Positions 39,950 through 54,158 of a DNA stretch of 64,000 nt are shown in pieces. How positions within the stretch are numbered: the stretch's first letter is position 1; each line of letters begins with the position of its first letter. Below the pieces are notes generated by a model. It did no database searches, was not told where the DNA came from, and was given only the letters and a program-made list of their open reading frames with translations. Source of the stretch: Eledone cirrhosa. Taxonomy: Eukaryota. Made by a program: the position numbers and the translations under genes. Location: contig OZ024748.1 of NCBI GenBank assembly GCA_964016885.1, forward strand, positions 29,822,001 to 29,886,000. Direction: 5' to 3'.

Positions 39950-40292
39950 TGCACTCGGCCAATCCCACCACTCAACACTACCCGAAAAGAAGAACTGGTC
40001 CACATCATCGGATGCTTCCGAAGCCGCAGATTTTTTTCAGAGTTTCCCTCTCCTAGAAAGGTATTGTAACAACAACTGGGGGCCTTTCACTCACAGGTGA
40101 AAAAAAAGTACTATTTGGATGGCCGTTGACTCTGCTGAGTTCCTCCACCCTTTGCCGGGTTTTGTATTTCATCCCGCAGGGTGTCCAAATATCACCCTCC
40201 TCAACAAGCTAGCTTGGTGGGGTTGCCGGTTTAGTCGCCGACGATCCGAACATGAGACAGGTTGTACTGGGTTACATGTTACCAGTAGCACT
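39950..40292 (-). mobile_element. Non-autonomous RTE derivative, 5' leader part
   Basis: GGTGGGGTTGCCGGTTTAGTCGCCGACG...GGTTGTACTGGGTTACATGTTACCAGTAGCACTC shared with 17105-17185. Confidence 0.7.
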
Positions 40293-41666
40293 CGATTGGA
40301 CGATAGACGAAATCCGAGCAATTGATGTAAGATTCGCAAAATCCTAAACAACACCGGAAACTTCCACATCAACAGTGACATATAACGCCTCTACTTGAAA
40401 TGTAAGCAGGGAGGCAGAGGGCTAGCATCAGTCCAGACAGCATTTGAATGTCGCATCATATCTTTCCAAAAACATTTACGAACCTCCAAGCATAGGAGCC
40501 AATCTACTGAGCAAGTCAGATAAGATCATGAGAGTTGGGAAGGAACTCCTTGAAAGATACTCCCTGCATGATATCAAAAGCTCACACCCAGGGAAATTGC
40601 CCTGCAATATCCCAGCGAATCCATGGATGTAAAAATGCATGCTTATCAGCCAAAAGCATGCATGGATATGTTGCCAGTTAGCTCCAGAGTGAGAGTAATA
40701 TAGATAAGCAAAGTAGTCTGACTTGGACCAACGGCCACTATATTGGCTCCCACCTTGAAGGATATGCTTTTGCAATCCAAGAACAGGAAATCAATACAAA
40801 ATACCTGATTCACAAAAGATGCAGGCAAAACACCTAGATGAGACAACAAATGCAGACGCTACAGAATTAACATCGAAAATGTCACCAATGTCATAAGTAG
40901 CTGTCCAAAGATGTCATCACGGTACTATCTACCTATGAGGCATGATGTAGTGTACAATGCAATCCGTAGAAAAGATAGCTCCGACAATAAACACATTAAA
41001 AGTTACAGCAATGTGGAAGACATAGATATACATAATATGAAAGAATACTGGTGGAATGTTCGAGTCAAAACCACAATAAAATGCAAGCATAACAGACCAC
41101 ATGTAATGATATGGGACAGGGAAAACAAAGCATGCACAGTAGAGGATGTTAGCTGCCCAGCAGATGCCAATATAATATTAGATATCAGCGAAAAGGAGAA
41201 TATCTATGCAGAACAATTGAGAAATCTGCAGATACTCCACCCTGACTATAACTTTAAATTTATACCTGTGATTATTGGGGCACTGAGATATGTTTGTAAC
41301 TGCCTCAGTATAACTTTTGAGAAGCTGGGCTTCACAGAAACAGAAAGAACACGATTAGTTAGGAAATTACAAGTACAATCCATTAATGGAACAATAAAGA
41401 TATGTGAAACGTTCCAAACTTTTGCATCTAATAACTGCATATACACATGTACAGATACAAAACATATGCACATGCACACATATAACTGAAAGTATACAGA
41501 TCCACACATACATTAACATCCATACCTGCGCACATATGCATGCAGATATGCATACATATATACCTAGTTGATGTTGTGTAAATTCCAATGAGAGAGTCTT
41601 GTATCCATGTTAGAAACCGGCTCTCTCTATTGGTAAAAATTTATATAATTATAAAATCAGAAGAAC
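40293..41666 (+). mobile_element. RLE-type LINE family 2, 3' part, ending at (CATA)n
   Basis: GGRGL, YAFAIQEQEI, MRHDVVY, HNRPHVMIWD, DVSCPAD, FIPVIIGAL. Confidence 0.85.
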
Positions 41667-41709
41667 ATACATACTTACATACATACATGCATGCATGCAT
41701 GCATACATG

Positions 41710-41994
41710 ATGGCTACCCCCTCGTTATCCAGTATGGCCATTGCACGATATACCATTGTTAATAATTATTAATTAATTCTATGCTTTGACGCATAGAGTT
41801 ACGGCCCTTGCCATTCTAGTTCAAATCCCGCCGAGGTTAATTTTGCCTTTCATCCTTACGGGTTGATAAAATAAAGTACCAGTAATGCACTGGATAATTG
41901 CTGGCCTTGTGGCAAAAGTAGAAACAATTAATTAATTCTATCGTGCAATGCGTGTGCGTGAAGATATTTTTTTAAGTGAGGAAAGACTGTGCAC
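41710..41994 (-). mobile_element. Non-autonomous RTE derivative 3' part with a family-1 SINE inserted at about 41782-41930 (+)
   Basis: Matches 16584-16712 on both sides of the SINE; ATTAATTCTAT is duplicated. Confidence 0.7.
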
Positions 41995-42046
41995 TACATA
42001 CATACATACATACATACATACATACATACATACATACATACATACA

Positions 42047-42408
42047 TGGTGGCTGCCAACTCGTTTTCGAGTACGGCCACTACTTTATATCCATGTAGGA
42101 GAACCCCTACCGATGCGTTAAACAAGTGTGACTTTTTAGTCCAGCCAGCGACTTGAAAACTCTGGTACAAACACTGCACTTGTGACAATTATTGACACAT
42201 AGTGCTGGGCCCATGGTACCATGTGAAAACAAGTGCAGAGAGATCTCCAGATATAAAGCAATGCCTGTGCCGTGAAGCTTTTATAGTGAGCAAAGGCACT
42301 GCACAAAGCCAGTCCCACTCTCTTAACCAAGATATTTACCAAAAAGAAGAACAAGTCAACATCATTGGATACCATCAGGGTTGCAGGTGTTATATCAGAG
42401 TTTTCCTT
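42047..42408 (-). mobile_element. Non-autonomous RTE derivative, 5'-truncated, (CATA)n on both sides
   Basis: Near-identical reverse complement of 18016-18354. Confidence 0.8.
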
Positions 42409-42480
42409 CATACATACATACATACATACATACATACATACATACATACATACATACATACATACATACATACATACATA

Positions 42481-42640
42481 GGATTGCAGCGTCTTCAGAG
42501 ACGATTGCCGTCTCTTATTGATTCTTCGTTGTCATCCCATCCGCGTTCTTCACTTCGTAGATGACTTTGTAGGCCAGCTGTAGATCTCCTTGATTTACGA
42601 CACAGGTGACAGAAGAGAGTTGTGCTTTCCACAGGACCGG
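42481..42640 (-). mobile_element. RTE LINE 3' end followed by (TATG)n
   Basis: LFCHLCRKSRRSTAGLQSHLR zinc finger. Confidence 0.55.
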
Positions 42641-43003
42641 TGGGGTCACCCTGTGGGACACAATCTTTATGTACCACTTGTGTTTTTTTTTACATATCAT
42701 ATAACACTTCCATTGGTTCTTCATTTGTTGTGACCCTTTATTCAGCAACCTTTTTTTAATTGATTTATATGTCCCTTATTTTCCCATTTGTAACCTTTTA
42801 CCATATACAACATTTTTCCAATTTGTTTACTTATCACGCACTCTTTTCGCCTGCCTTTTGTTGTATGTAATCCTAAATGTGTGTATTACCTGCTTATATG
42901 TTTTTCTCTTTCTTTTCCTCTTTCTTTTTTTCCTTTCCCTTTTCTTTTTGTATATTATATTTGTTTGTGTTTTCGTTCTATGAGCATTATATTATACTTT
43001 TTA

Positions 43004-43111
43004 TCCCGCTGAGGGTAACTTTGCCTTTTATCCTTACGGGGTCGATAAAACAAAGCACCAGGAAAGCACTGGGTAATTGCTGGTCTTGTGCCAAAAGTAG
43101 AAACAATTATT
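43004..43111 (+). mobile_element. SINE family 1 fragment
   Basis: Core and tail similar to 4697-4805. Confidence 0.75.
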
Positions 43112-43478
43112 ATATTTTTCTATACAACTGTGAATAAACCTGTAACAACAAATGAGTTTTAAAAAAAAGTTAAACTGTGTCGTTAAGAATAAATAAATAA
43201 AAAGTTTACCCTTCATTTTGCCCTCCCATTTCCAAAATTATCGAACGCTGCTATCATGCTGTGTGTGAGTATGTGTGTGTTTGTGTAAATGTATGTGTGT
43301 GTTTGTGTGAATGTATGTGTGCGTTTAGTTGAAGTGGTGGTAGTGGTGGCGATATACCGGAAGTTGAAATTTGAAACTCTTAACAGAAGTGAATCTTGAA
43401 ATAAGCAATATATTGTACATAAAATTATTTGTTTAATCAAGAGTTATGAAATTTAGTACATAAATTATATAATATTCA

Positions 43479-43572
43479 TTTGCCTTTCATCCTTATGGGG
43501 TCGATAAAATAAAGTACCAGTAATACACTGGAATAATTGCTGGCCTTGTGCAAAAAAGTAGAAACAATTATT
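43479..43572 (+). mobile_element. SINE family 1 fragment
   Basis: Core and tail similar to 4713-4805. Confidence 0.75.
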
Positions 43573-43749
43573 TATTCAGAGTAATCCAACTAACGGGATA
43601 AAAAAAAAACATGATACAGTCCCGCACTCCTCCCTTTATTATAGTATAGATATCGCTACCTATATCTAACTGCAATTTCACATTCACGTTAATTTTACCT
43701 ACACAAATTTCCTTTGAGTTTCATTAATATTTTTCGCCGATAATGTTTT

Positions 43750-44412
43750 TACATAATTTTTACTGTTGAACCTTTTTTTTTTCATGGTTTGGTTTTGCAA
43801 CATGTCCTATTCTCCCACATTCGAAGCACTTTAAGTTTTTGAAAGGACAATCGTATCCTCCATATCCGAAACATGGATTAATTTTTTGTTTTTTACTTTT
43901 GGTCGCACCAACTGTATATGAGAGCAGTCTCTCTCTTCGATTCTTTCCATACCATGTCTCAGATTCATAATTCTCTGACATTCCTCAGAAATTTCCTCTA
44001 ATGTTAAGTTCTGATTCTGCTCTAATTTTGTCAGAATTCTGGTACGAATTTCCGTATCTTTCTTTGCAGTTAACCCTTGCATGAAAATGAAGCATTTAAA
44101 CATGTCTGGGGTAAGTTAGTTAAGTTTAAATCTTTGGCATTCCTTGTTAATGATCCCAGCAAACATGACAAAATCTTCGTCCTCTTTTTTCGCCAGATTC
44201 ATACACTGCCAAATAAAGAACTTTTTTCGCTATAAATTTTTGACAGGATATATATCCTCAAAATAGATTCCCATCTGGTTTCTTCGGTAGTATATAGTTG
44301 CAGTTTGTTCATGTTCGACTGGTGCCAACGCGATTCAAGGGATGACAATTTCTTTCCTCTTACAGGAAGGTGGCTTGTCAAAATATACTCGAAATTAAGA
44401 GAAAGAGAACAT
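43750..44412 (-). mobile_element. Gypsy-type LTR retrotransposon relic (LTR end, PBS-like TGGCACCAG, gag fragment)
   Basis: FKCFIFMQGL..DTEIRTRILTKLEQNQNLTLEEISEECQRIMNL and CPFKNLKCFECGRIGHVAK (knuckle). Confidence 0.65.
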
Positions 44413-44426
44413 ACATACATACACGA

Positions 44427-44952
44427 TGATGGCTGCAACTCAATTTCGAGTAATGCCATCGCTTGATACTTAAACATGAGCATCACGGACGGGGCTTTTT
44501 AGTCCTAATAGGGCCAGCAATACCATGCATCGCAAAAAATGTCACATATCAAGCGATTGCTGTGCTTGAAGCTTTTTTAAGTGAGGAAAGGCTTTGCATG
44601 GGGCCAATCCCACTCTCTGAACATCGAATGCATTTACCCAAATAGTAGAACTGGTCTACATCATTGGATGCAAAAAAAGTCGCAGGTTTTATATCAGAGT
44701 GACCTTCTAGAGATATGTCTTAATGAAGACTATGTGTCTCTCACTCCACAAAAAAACTTTATTAGATGGTCGTTGACTCTCCTGAGTTCCTCCGCCCTTT
44801 GACAGGGTTTATTTTTCCTCCTGCAGGGTGTCCAAAATCCCCCTCCTCACCAAACGAGCTTAGTAGGGTTGCCGGTTTAGTCGTCGGCGACCCGACCTTG
44901 CACAGGTTGTACTGGGTTACATGTTACCAGTAGCGCTGAAGAGTAACCTGAC
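44427..44952 (-). mobile_element. Non-autonomous RTE derivative, (CATA)n on both sides
   Basis: Same leader and 3' hairpin as 16584-17198. Confidence 0.72.
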
Positions 44953-45217
44953 ATACATACATACATACATACATACATACATACATACATACATACGTAC
45001 ATACATACATACATACATACATACATACATACATACATACATACATACATACATACATACATACATACATACGTACATACGTACATAATTGCAAAGAAAT
45101 TAAGTTTCATGTGACAACACCTATTTAAACAATAACAAAAAAGCAATAACAAACAATTAAACAAACCCTGTAGAAGACAACCGAAAAAACAAACAAACAA
45201 GCCCTTGAATCCACTTT

Positions 45218-45301
<84 letters not shown>

Positions 45302-45613
45302 TCTCTCTGACCTAAGTGGAACGATGACGTCAATAATTGGTGTGTCGAGTGTTATATTGTACCATTAAAAAAACAACAACTTAAAAAGTAACATAAGTTA
45401 AGGGAAATAACTCAAGTGGGACAATGACATGTATTTAAACAAATAATAAATACTGATGATATACTGGGTCGTATTAGTTCATAGTCGTGACCCTAGGTTT
45501 CAATCTTTCACTCTGCTACAATAACAATAAAAATGTTTTAATATAGCCAGCCTTATGAATAATGCGATCCAATCCGCCGCCCAATCAACGCCCTCATGAA
45601 CAATCCAGCCTTA

Positions 45614-46040
45614 TGAATAATTGTTTCTACTGTTGGCACAAGGCCAGCAATTACTGGTACTTTATTATATCGACCCCGTAAGGATGAAAGGCAAAGTTAA
45701 CCTCGGCGGGATTTGAACTCAGACCATAAATGGCCGTAACTCTTTGCTGAAAAGCATGGCGTCCGACCCTCTGCCGATACTGCCAATTCACCACCCTCTT
45801 ATCGATCCTTTTACCGATACTGCCAATACACCACCCAGCCTTATAAATAATTGTTTCTACTTTTGGCACAAGGCCAGCAATTACCTCAGTGCAATACTGG
45901 TGCTTTGTTTTATCGACCCCGTAAAGATAAAAGGCAACGTTAACCTCGGCGGGATTTGAACTCAAACCGTAAAGTGTCGTAACTCTATGCTGCAAAGCAT
46001 GGTGTCCGATCCTCTATCGATATTGCCAATCAATTCACCA
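45614..46040 (-). mobile_element. Two tandem full-length SINE family 1 copies (about 45614-45794 and 45843-46040)
   Basis: Each is a reverse complement of 4617-4805. Confidence 0.85.
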
Positions 46041-46447
46041 TCTTTACGAACAATCCAGCCTTATGAATACTTATTACGACCCAATCCACCGCCCTCTAAT
46101 GAATAACACGACCTTGATGATATACACAGAATGATGTACGTCAGCAGAGTTATTCTCAAATATCTGAAAATGTTCATCTTAGAGGAAGGAAACAAAAACA
46201 CTAGCTGTGTACGCACATCTGTCTATTTGATAATAGGTCTCCTTTTGTCATAAATCACCATGGGTTTGGTACCTGAAAAGTTCCTCTCTGTAGTGCAAGC
46301 CTAGTCAAGATGTTTGTGGACCAACGGTTGTTCAAGTAAGCCAGTCTCACCTTTCAATGCCACCAATTTTGTCCAAGATAAAAAAAGAAATGGCTAATAC
46401 TGTTTGGCATGAGTCTCATTGCGATATATTTCCCTCCCAGCTGAGTG

Positions 46448-46566
46448 GGCTGGAGAAAGGTGAAATAAAGTTTCTTCCTTGAGGATACAACGCGCCGCCC
46501 AGTCTGGGATTCGTATTCATACGATTAACAACCCCAAAACCAACACCCCTAGCTATGCGCCTTCAC
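46448..46566 (-). mobile_element. SINE family 2-like degenerate head
   Basis: GTGAAATAAAGTTTCTTCCTTGAGGATACAACGC..GGGATTCGTA matches 47916-48025. Confidence 0.55.
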
Positions 46567-46976
46567 ATATGCATATATGTGCCTGGAAATAAAACATTTA
46601 CGAATGCGACAATAAGACGAAAGTATCTCCCCCACAAAAAAAAGAAACCTATACAGAGTTGCCTAGGGAAGAATCGAACCTCGTACTTATTTTATAACGG
46701 ATAACAACATCAAACAATTACACCTTGACGATCAAACAACTTTCGCTGTCAAATTTAGCGCATATAAACGTTTAACTAGACAGGTTACAATTATTTAGCT
46801 CCAATTGTATCTCACAAGCTGCCATGATACTAGCAACTCAATTGCACAAGTGGACGAGATTACCCAATCGCTCTCCAAAAATACACACACACATACACAC
46901 ACATGCACGCACACACGTGCACATACACACACGCACACACGTTCACATACACACACGCACACAAGCACTCAAATAT

Positions 46977-47025
<49 letters not shown>

Positions 47026-47026
<1 letters not shown>

Positions 47027-47780
47027 TTCATTTATTGGCCACAAGGGCCGACATATAGGGGAGAATACAATAGACGGGGACAGTGGGGGATAACCACCCA
47101 GGGTTGACTCAGCGACCCCACCAATCAGGAACTACACGACGAGCTGCGGAAAGGCTCGTCTTAGAAACGGCGACCACACTTGTTCACCGTTTAGACAGAC
47201 TATCTGGAAATGCCACAGCCTTAGCGCATGTATGCGCATCATTAGACACGGCATGTCCAGCCCTCCACGTAGAGGGTGCTGGCAGCAGATGGATCGCCTC
47301 ACCAACAGAACCTCTCCCTCCACAAGAAGTTGAAGAGGAGTCATTCCAATTTGGCGAGGCGCGAACGGAGGGAAGGCACGACGGTTAGGCGGTAGTAGAT
47401 GACGGACGCAATGTACGCGTTCACCACATCCGCCCAACCTTTCAGAGACACGCTTCCTCTCGACCCATTTTTGGTTGAGAGTGGCTCCCCAGATCATCAC
47501 CTCGTCCTAATTCTTATCTACCTGGAGGTCTGGTCCGAACCAAACTCCAAGCAACTTTACCGGTCCATCCGTCCTGCGCCCGACGACGCTGTTGAATGGC
47601 ATGGACAGGTGCCGAGTTGCAAGCCCACCGACTTTTCTGGGTTAAGTTTCGCTCCCGTCAACCGTTCATATCCTCCAATAAGGTACAGACCACCTTGAAT
47701 TCCGGTGATGTCGTCCGCATAAGACAATTCAGCCTTTTCGCATCCTGGCTCGAGCGGGATGCCCTCAAATAGCTCCAACT
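47026..47780 (-). mobile_element. Diverged, deleted Tx1-like fragment abutting (AAT)n (46978-47025)
   Basis: LSYADDIT, EKSVGLQLGT, VRRSICCQHPLRGGL. Confidence 0.8.
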
Positions 47781-47915
47781 TATATACGTATATAAATATA
47801 TATATATATATATAAAAAGGAACGATCGACTTTCGTCAAATCGGACCGAGGGAACAATGTTTCCGTTGGTCTTTCCAATTGCTAGTACTATCTATCGGTC
47901 GCAACTCCAGGTAGA

Positions 47916-48021
47916 AGGAGCAACGTGAAATAAAGTGTCTTGCTCAAGGACATAACGCATCGCCTGGTCCAGGAATCGAACTCACAACCTTACGATTGCG
48001 AACAATTCTCTGACACGCCTT

Positions 48022-48025
<4 letters not shown>
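47916..48025 (-). mobile_element. SINE family 2-like head fragment
   Basis: Reverse-strand B box (GGAATCGAACTC) and the GTGTCTTGCTCAAGGACATAAC core. Confidence 0.65.
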
Positions 48026-48076
<51 letters not shown>

Positions 48077-48079
<3 letters not shown>

Positions 48080-48672
48080 TATATGATTTTTAATGCAACG
48101 AAATATCTATGAGCTTCGGCAAATCACTGATGAGGGACTCATTTTATTACATGTTATCCATGTGCTACCTGCAGTATTTTTCTCTATATTTTATTACATA
48201 TATTTACCACTGCGATTCTGTGTTTTTTTCTCTCTCTCTTACTGTTCCCCCATTCTCTCTGTTTCTCCCCCTCTGTCATGTCAGTTAACTCTTCCTCACA
48301 CTTTCACTCACTCACTGTTTCTCTCTCTTCTCTTCATTTCATCCTGTACACCACGAAGGCTATTTTTCTCTCTCCGCTCATGGCCTTCGCTCGTGTCGGG
48401 TCTGTTCTAAAAGCGCTCATATATTCACCTAGCTTATGCTAAACAGAATAATTTTTGAAGCTTGTTTCTTTCCCCTGGTTAGCCATACTCTGTTGTTCTC
48501 CTGTCTCACTCGCTTTACGCGTTTTAATTGTCCTAATAACTTATTTTGGTTATTATTGCACCGACGTGAGGTATATGATTTTTAATGCAATGAAATATCT
48601 ATGATCTTCGGCAAATCACTGATGAGGGACTCATTTTATTACATGTTATCCATGTGCTACCTGCAGTATTTT

Positions 48673-48677
<5 letters not shown>
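48077..48677 (+). repeat. Non-coding 492-bp unit with ~108-bp direct terminal repeats inside (TA)n
   Basis: 48077-48185 is approximately equal to 48569-48677 (two visible mismatches). Confidence 0.8.
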
Positions 48678-48727
<50 letters not shown>

Positions 48728-49319
48728 GAACAAGCAAATGTATTATGCATATATAAGTACTGTTTGGCAAGGTATTACATAAAATACAAGCACTTTAAGC
48801 AAATATGTTAGTGTATTATGGGAAATGCAATGCGATGATATTTTCTGTATAGTTCAAATTTGTATGTGTGTAGAATATGAAAGTTATAGATTTCACATCC
48901 ATTACATATGTCAAGTTATTAAGTTTTTAATTTTAATTTTAATCTTAATTTGAATTATTGTACTATTCTCGTATGATATATGTCGCATCCATTCCACCCT
49001 GTAAACATGAAACTGTTGTCCACAACATCAATATATCTGTATCTGTATGACTCTTCAGTTGAATAGGAGGTTAATTATATGTACAAACAATAATGCTCCG
49101 AGGACTCCAAGCTTAAGTTAACAGCTGTCAGCGATTAAATGTTTTAAACATAACTTTGATACTTGTGTAATCTATATTACTGCTCTGTTAAACCACTGAT
49201 GTTCTTACATTGCGCTATTTCTCTTACTGGTAATAAGGTAGTAATAAATTACTGACCTTCCCTGTTTATAGTTGTTTATAGTATAGTATACACATAACTA
49301 CAAATAGTATCTTTAATAT

Positions 49320-49350
<31 letters not shown>

Positions 49351-49735
49351 ATGTATAAATTCAAAATTAAATTAAGGATGTCATGTCTGAGAAACATGCA
49401 CCATAGCCTCTGCTCAAAGATTCTAATGGATAGATCCGAGCATTTATAAGCATTCAATTAAAAATCGATTGACATATACATAAAATAAACATATCAAACA
49501 ATCACAGGGCTAATTTGTAAAGAGTGTAAGCACACCTAGCTACGTAGATAACTAATTAAAATTTAACGAGAACTTCAATAATGATTAATCTCCTTTGTAT
49601 ATATTTCATTAAATAAAAAAATATTTTTCACCGTTAATCGGTAAATCATGGCAGTCAAATTTCGGATCGTCGGCAAAGGAGAAGAATTAACTATCTGTTT
49701 ACACACTAAATGCAAATCTGACTAGAAGCACGTGT

Positions 49736-49809
<74 letters not shown>

Positions 49810-49900
49810 TTAGTTAAGCAAAACAAGACCTCAAATTTCACAAGGAAGACATTATTAAAAGATTGTCAACATAGTTTTAGTTTAATGTAAGGAATGTAGA

Positions 49901-49962
<62 letters not shown>

Positions 49963-49966
<4 letters not shown>

Positions 49967-50905
49967 CGTGACCTATAGTAAGGAGCCAATGCTCAGAACT
50001 GTACTGAAGGAGGAGACAGTAGGCCGGGGGATGTCCAAGGAGGAAATAACATCAAGGAGGAAGAGCAGCCTTAAGGGAAAATCCCTTCATAGTACCTTCT
50101 TTGAGAAAACTGAATTTAGAGATCCACAGACATGGAACTGGTTGAGAAGAGGAGACCTCAAAAAGGCTACAGAAGGAATGCTAATGGCTGCGCAGGAGCA
50201 GGCCCTCAAAACGAAGTGGTTGAATCACCACATTTACAAGGAGGAGGCTAGCCCACTGTGCAGGATCTGTGGAGAGAGAGAGGAGACTGTGGCTCACATT
50301 GTGTCCGAGTGTAAACACCTAGCCCAGACCCACTATAAGGGCTGGAGACACGATGTGATGGGCAGGATGATCCACTGGCACTTGTGCAAAGTAAACAATT
50401 TACCACATTCTGAGAAATGGTATGAGCATAGGCCAGAGGCGGTGATGGAGAACAATCAGGTGAAGGTGCTGTGGGATTTTAGGATACAGACGGACAAAAA
50501 ACTGGAACACAATAGACCTGACCTGGTGGTTGTGGACAAAGAAAAAAGATCGTGTCTGATTGTGGATGTGGCCTGCCCGTTCGACACGAGAGTGCAAGAG
50601 AAGGAGAGGGAGAAAATTAACCGATACCAGGACCTAAAGTGGGAGGTGAAAAGGATCTGGAACTGCCATGAAGTCAAAGTGATCCCGATTGTCATAGGCG
50701 CACTGGGGACTATCTCCAAAAGTTTCCAGGGATGGTTAAAGAAAATCGGCCCCTTCACGCTTTTTGGAACGCTTCAAAAGGCATGCTTGCTTGGAACAGC
50801 AAGAACCCTCCGATACGTCCTGAATATCTGAGGCTGCAGGTAGTGGCTTGATATTCAATCCAATGGACTTTCCAGTTAACCAACATCAATGACTGAGATT
50901 CAAGG
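49963..50905 (+). mobile_element. RLE-type (R4/Dong-like) LINE 3' part with an open CCHC + RLE frame (49968-50831), flanked by (AAT)n
   Basis: AAQEQAL, CRICGEREETVAHIVSEC, RHD, HNRPDLV, VDVACPFD, KINRYQDL; (AAT)n at 49902-49962 and 50906-50944. Confidence 0.9.
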
Positions 50906-50914
50906 AATAACAAC

Positions 50915-50944
<30 letters not shown>

Positions 50945-50945
<1 letters not shown>

Positions 50946-51873
50946 TTTTCTTTATTAACCACAAGGGTTTACATAAAGTAGACATTAAGGAGAGTACAGG
51001 ACAATACAGGACGGTACAAATGGGCATTTCTGCGTGTAAAAAAAACAGAGGTTGAAATAAAATAACAAAGAAAAATTCCCCAATAGGGGGGAGACTTCCG
51101 AGGGACATTTGTGGAGAAAGCCCATTAAAAGACCACAGTGGCCCTGACCACCAGGGCAAGTGCCCTCTCCCAGTTTTCCACCTTTAATTTACAGACACAT
51201 ACTCAGAGAAGGCCCATTCATTCGGGCCATACTTGCTTCTCTCACCCATCTTTCAACAACATGCTGGGAAGAGAGCACTTCCCTCTCTACCCTGATTTTC
51301 CTTTTCAAATGAAATTTGAAAAAGTTAATCAGGGCATCACCGAAGAGGTAAGTGCTCGTCTTCAGCCCTTTCAAACGTGTCCACCATACTATCTCTTTCG
51401 CCATGGCCACCAGACAGATAAAAACTGCCTGCCCTTCCCGGCTAAAGGGGGCGGGGCAATCCTCACGATGGACTCAGCTGATAGCCGGATCCGTCCTACA
51501 CGTGACAGCAGGTGTTCGACATAAACCCACAAGTCAGCAATGCTCGGACACTGGACGAGTGCGCGCAGGACGGTTTCGTCGCCCTGCGCGCATCTCGGAC
51601 ATGCCCGGCTGACGGCACCTCCATGCCTGTAGAGTTTATCCCGAACTGGCAAAGCTCCTCGGTAGCACTGCCAGGCCAGGGATTTCTGGAAGTTGTCCAT
51701 AGGCCCCGGCCCGAAAGTCCTTCCGAAGAGATTGGCTAGTTGATTTTCGTCGACGCCGAGAGTTTCTCCAAGTACGTCGTCGCTCTTCCCCTCCACTAAT
51801 CCCCTATAGAACGCCAAGGTGGAGTTTCCACCGATCACATTGCCCGATTGGTCGAGGGCTGTGAGCGCCTGAA

Positions 51874-51874
<1 letters not shown>
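50945..51874 (-). mobile_element. 5'-truncated Tx1-like copy, (AAT)n on both sides
   Basis: Highly similar to 8875-9813; (AAT)n at 51875-51904. Confidence 0.92.
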
Positions 51875-51904
<30 letters not shown>

Positions 51905-52003
51905 TGAGCACATGCCTTTACGCTTTGGCTTCTAACTAATTCACCAATCTCTCTTCTCCTCTCCTATCTCCATCTCTCACTTTAAGATTGGTTACTCTTG
52001 AAC

Positions 52004-52116
<113 letters not shown>

Positions 52117-52266
52117 GTATATATATAACGACGATAAGGACCGAATAAATTAGATTACCGATATAAAAGACACAGAAGCGAAAAGCGAAAACGAACCAAA
52201 CAGTGAGTGTGTTCTGTTATTAATTCTGGCAATATTACACAAATATGACCCTCCTCAAGTATAACA

Positions 52267-52377
<111 letters not shown>

Positions 52378-52387
52378 GTATATATAT

Positions 52388-54157
52388 AGACTTACATACG
52401 ACAATGAATACTTAAATAATTATGACTTTAGCAGTTTCTGTCCCAGTAAGCCAATAAGAAGTAGATCTCCCACCCTAACTTCAATGGCTAAAAAGACCGT
52501 CATAGGAAGATGGAATGGATGGACCAAAGCCATACGAACACCCAAGAACAATGATCAGATGAAAAAAATGACCGCACATGCAGTAGGGACTAGTATTAAA
52601 ACTACCCTAAAGGGCCACATGTTTAAATTTAATGAGAAAATATACACCCAGAATGAGGGAGCAGCCATTGCCAACCTATTTATGGTATGGTGGGAAAAGA
52701 GACTCAAAGAACTCCTAGAAGAGAACTCCATAGACCTCGTCATGTACTCTCCTTACGTAGACGATATCAATATAGTAATAAAAAATAACCCCCCCCCCCT
52801 CCGACAAGAGAGTACCAGTAAACCCAAACTAGAAAATAACACAATGGAGAGCATCCAGCAGATAGCTAACTCCATACACCAGAGCACAACAGTAACTATT
52901 GACCTTCCAAACACCCTAACAATGGATTACCAGTATTAGACACTGAATTCTAGTTAAACACTATAAACGAGGAAACCTAAATTCTCCACTCACATTATAC
53001 TAAACTCATGGCCTCCAAATACCTTATACTCAAAAACTCAGCAATGTCCAATAGTGCTAAGTCTAATATTCTGATCGCAGACTTGGTAAGAGTGATGAAG
53101 AATGTGTCCTGCATGTGCGATCCAACTGAAATGGAAAGACACATCCAACATTTCATCAATCGCATACAGTTCTCTGGCTACAACCAAAGAGACTGAATTA
53201 GAGTGTACAAAGGAGCCATGGAGAAATATAAGACCATCATAGAGATGGACATGAAAGAATTTTCCCGTTGTACAGGAGCAAATCATGGAATAGCATAGAT
53301 AGGACTAAGCATAAGATAAGGAAAGCCACTTCATGGTACAACAACCAGAGATACCAGAGTGTCATGTTCGTGGATGGTACCCCTGGAGGTAAATTAGCTA
53401 AGCAATATAGAAAGGCCCTAAGAAAGACGCATCTAAAGATCAAAGTGGTAGAAAAGCCAGGAACTACCATAAAATCCCTGATCAGCAAAACATACCCCTT
53501 TCAGAAAAGCTTCTGTACGAATAAGAAATGTGTTATATGTAGAATAAATCCTCAAATAAATTGTAAAACTAGAAATGTAGTCTATAGCTTAAGATATACA
53601 GAGAGTACTTGCAGAAACATGACAACGACATACATAGGTGAGACAGCTCGAAGCATAGGAGAGAGGATAGACCAACACTGGGGGGAACTAAAAGGACAAA
53701 AAGACGGTTCCGTACTATATGAACACGCCAGACAAAGACACGACGGTAATATAGACAACATAGAAATTAAAATAATACCTAAACATAGAAATGACTCAGC
53801 AGGTAGACAAATCTTGAAGCAACTGAAATAGAACTAAGAAACCCCAAGTTGAATAGAAAAAATGGAATAACAACAACAACCATACACAATCACACAATAC
53901 TGACCTAAGGTAAATATAAATAAATAAATGTACACAGATACAATAACAACAACCTCACATAAACACACACTAGTGAATAAAGATAGAATACAAAGACACA
54001 GACTCACACACGAACACACACACACACACACAAATGCATGCGCAAACAAAGACAAGAATAAATAAATAAATATAAATGGCATTACAATACAACAGGAGGA
54101 AAGATAATAGTATCACTGATGATGTCACAGGTGTGTGACGAAAGAACTTTGATAGAC

Positions 54158-54158
<1 letters not shown>
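52388..54158 (+). mobile_element. Degenerate PLE flanked by (TA)n (same family as 59850-62445)
   Basis: YSPYVDDIN, LPVLDTE, VVYSLRYT..TYIGETARSIGERIDQH; 3' HHR motif. Confidence 0.85.

Noticed and set aside
47026-47105. Possible second A-to-G hypermutated tract at a Tx1 3' end (TATTAACC versus TATTGGCC)
   Set aside because: Too short and too diverged, with other substitution types; could be a different subfamily.
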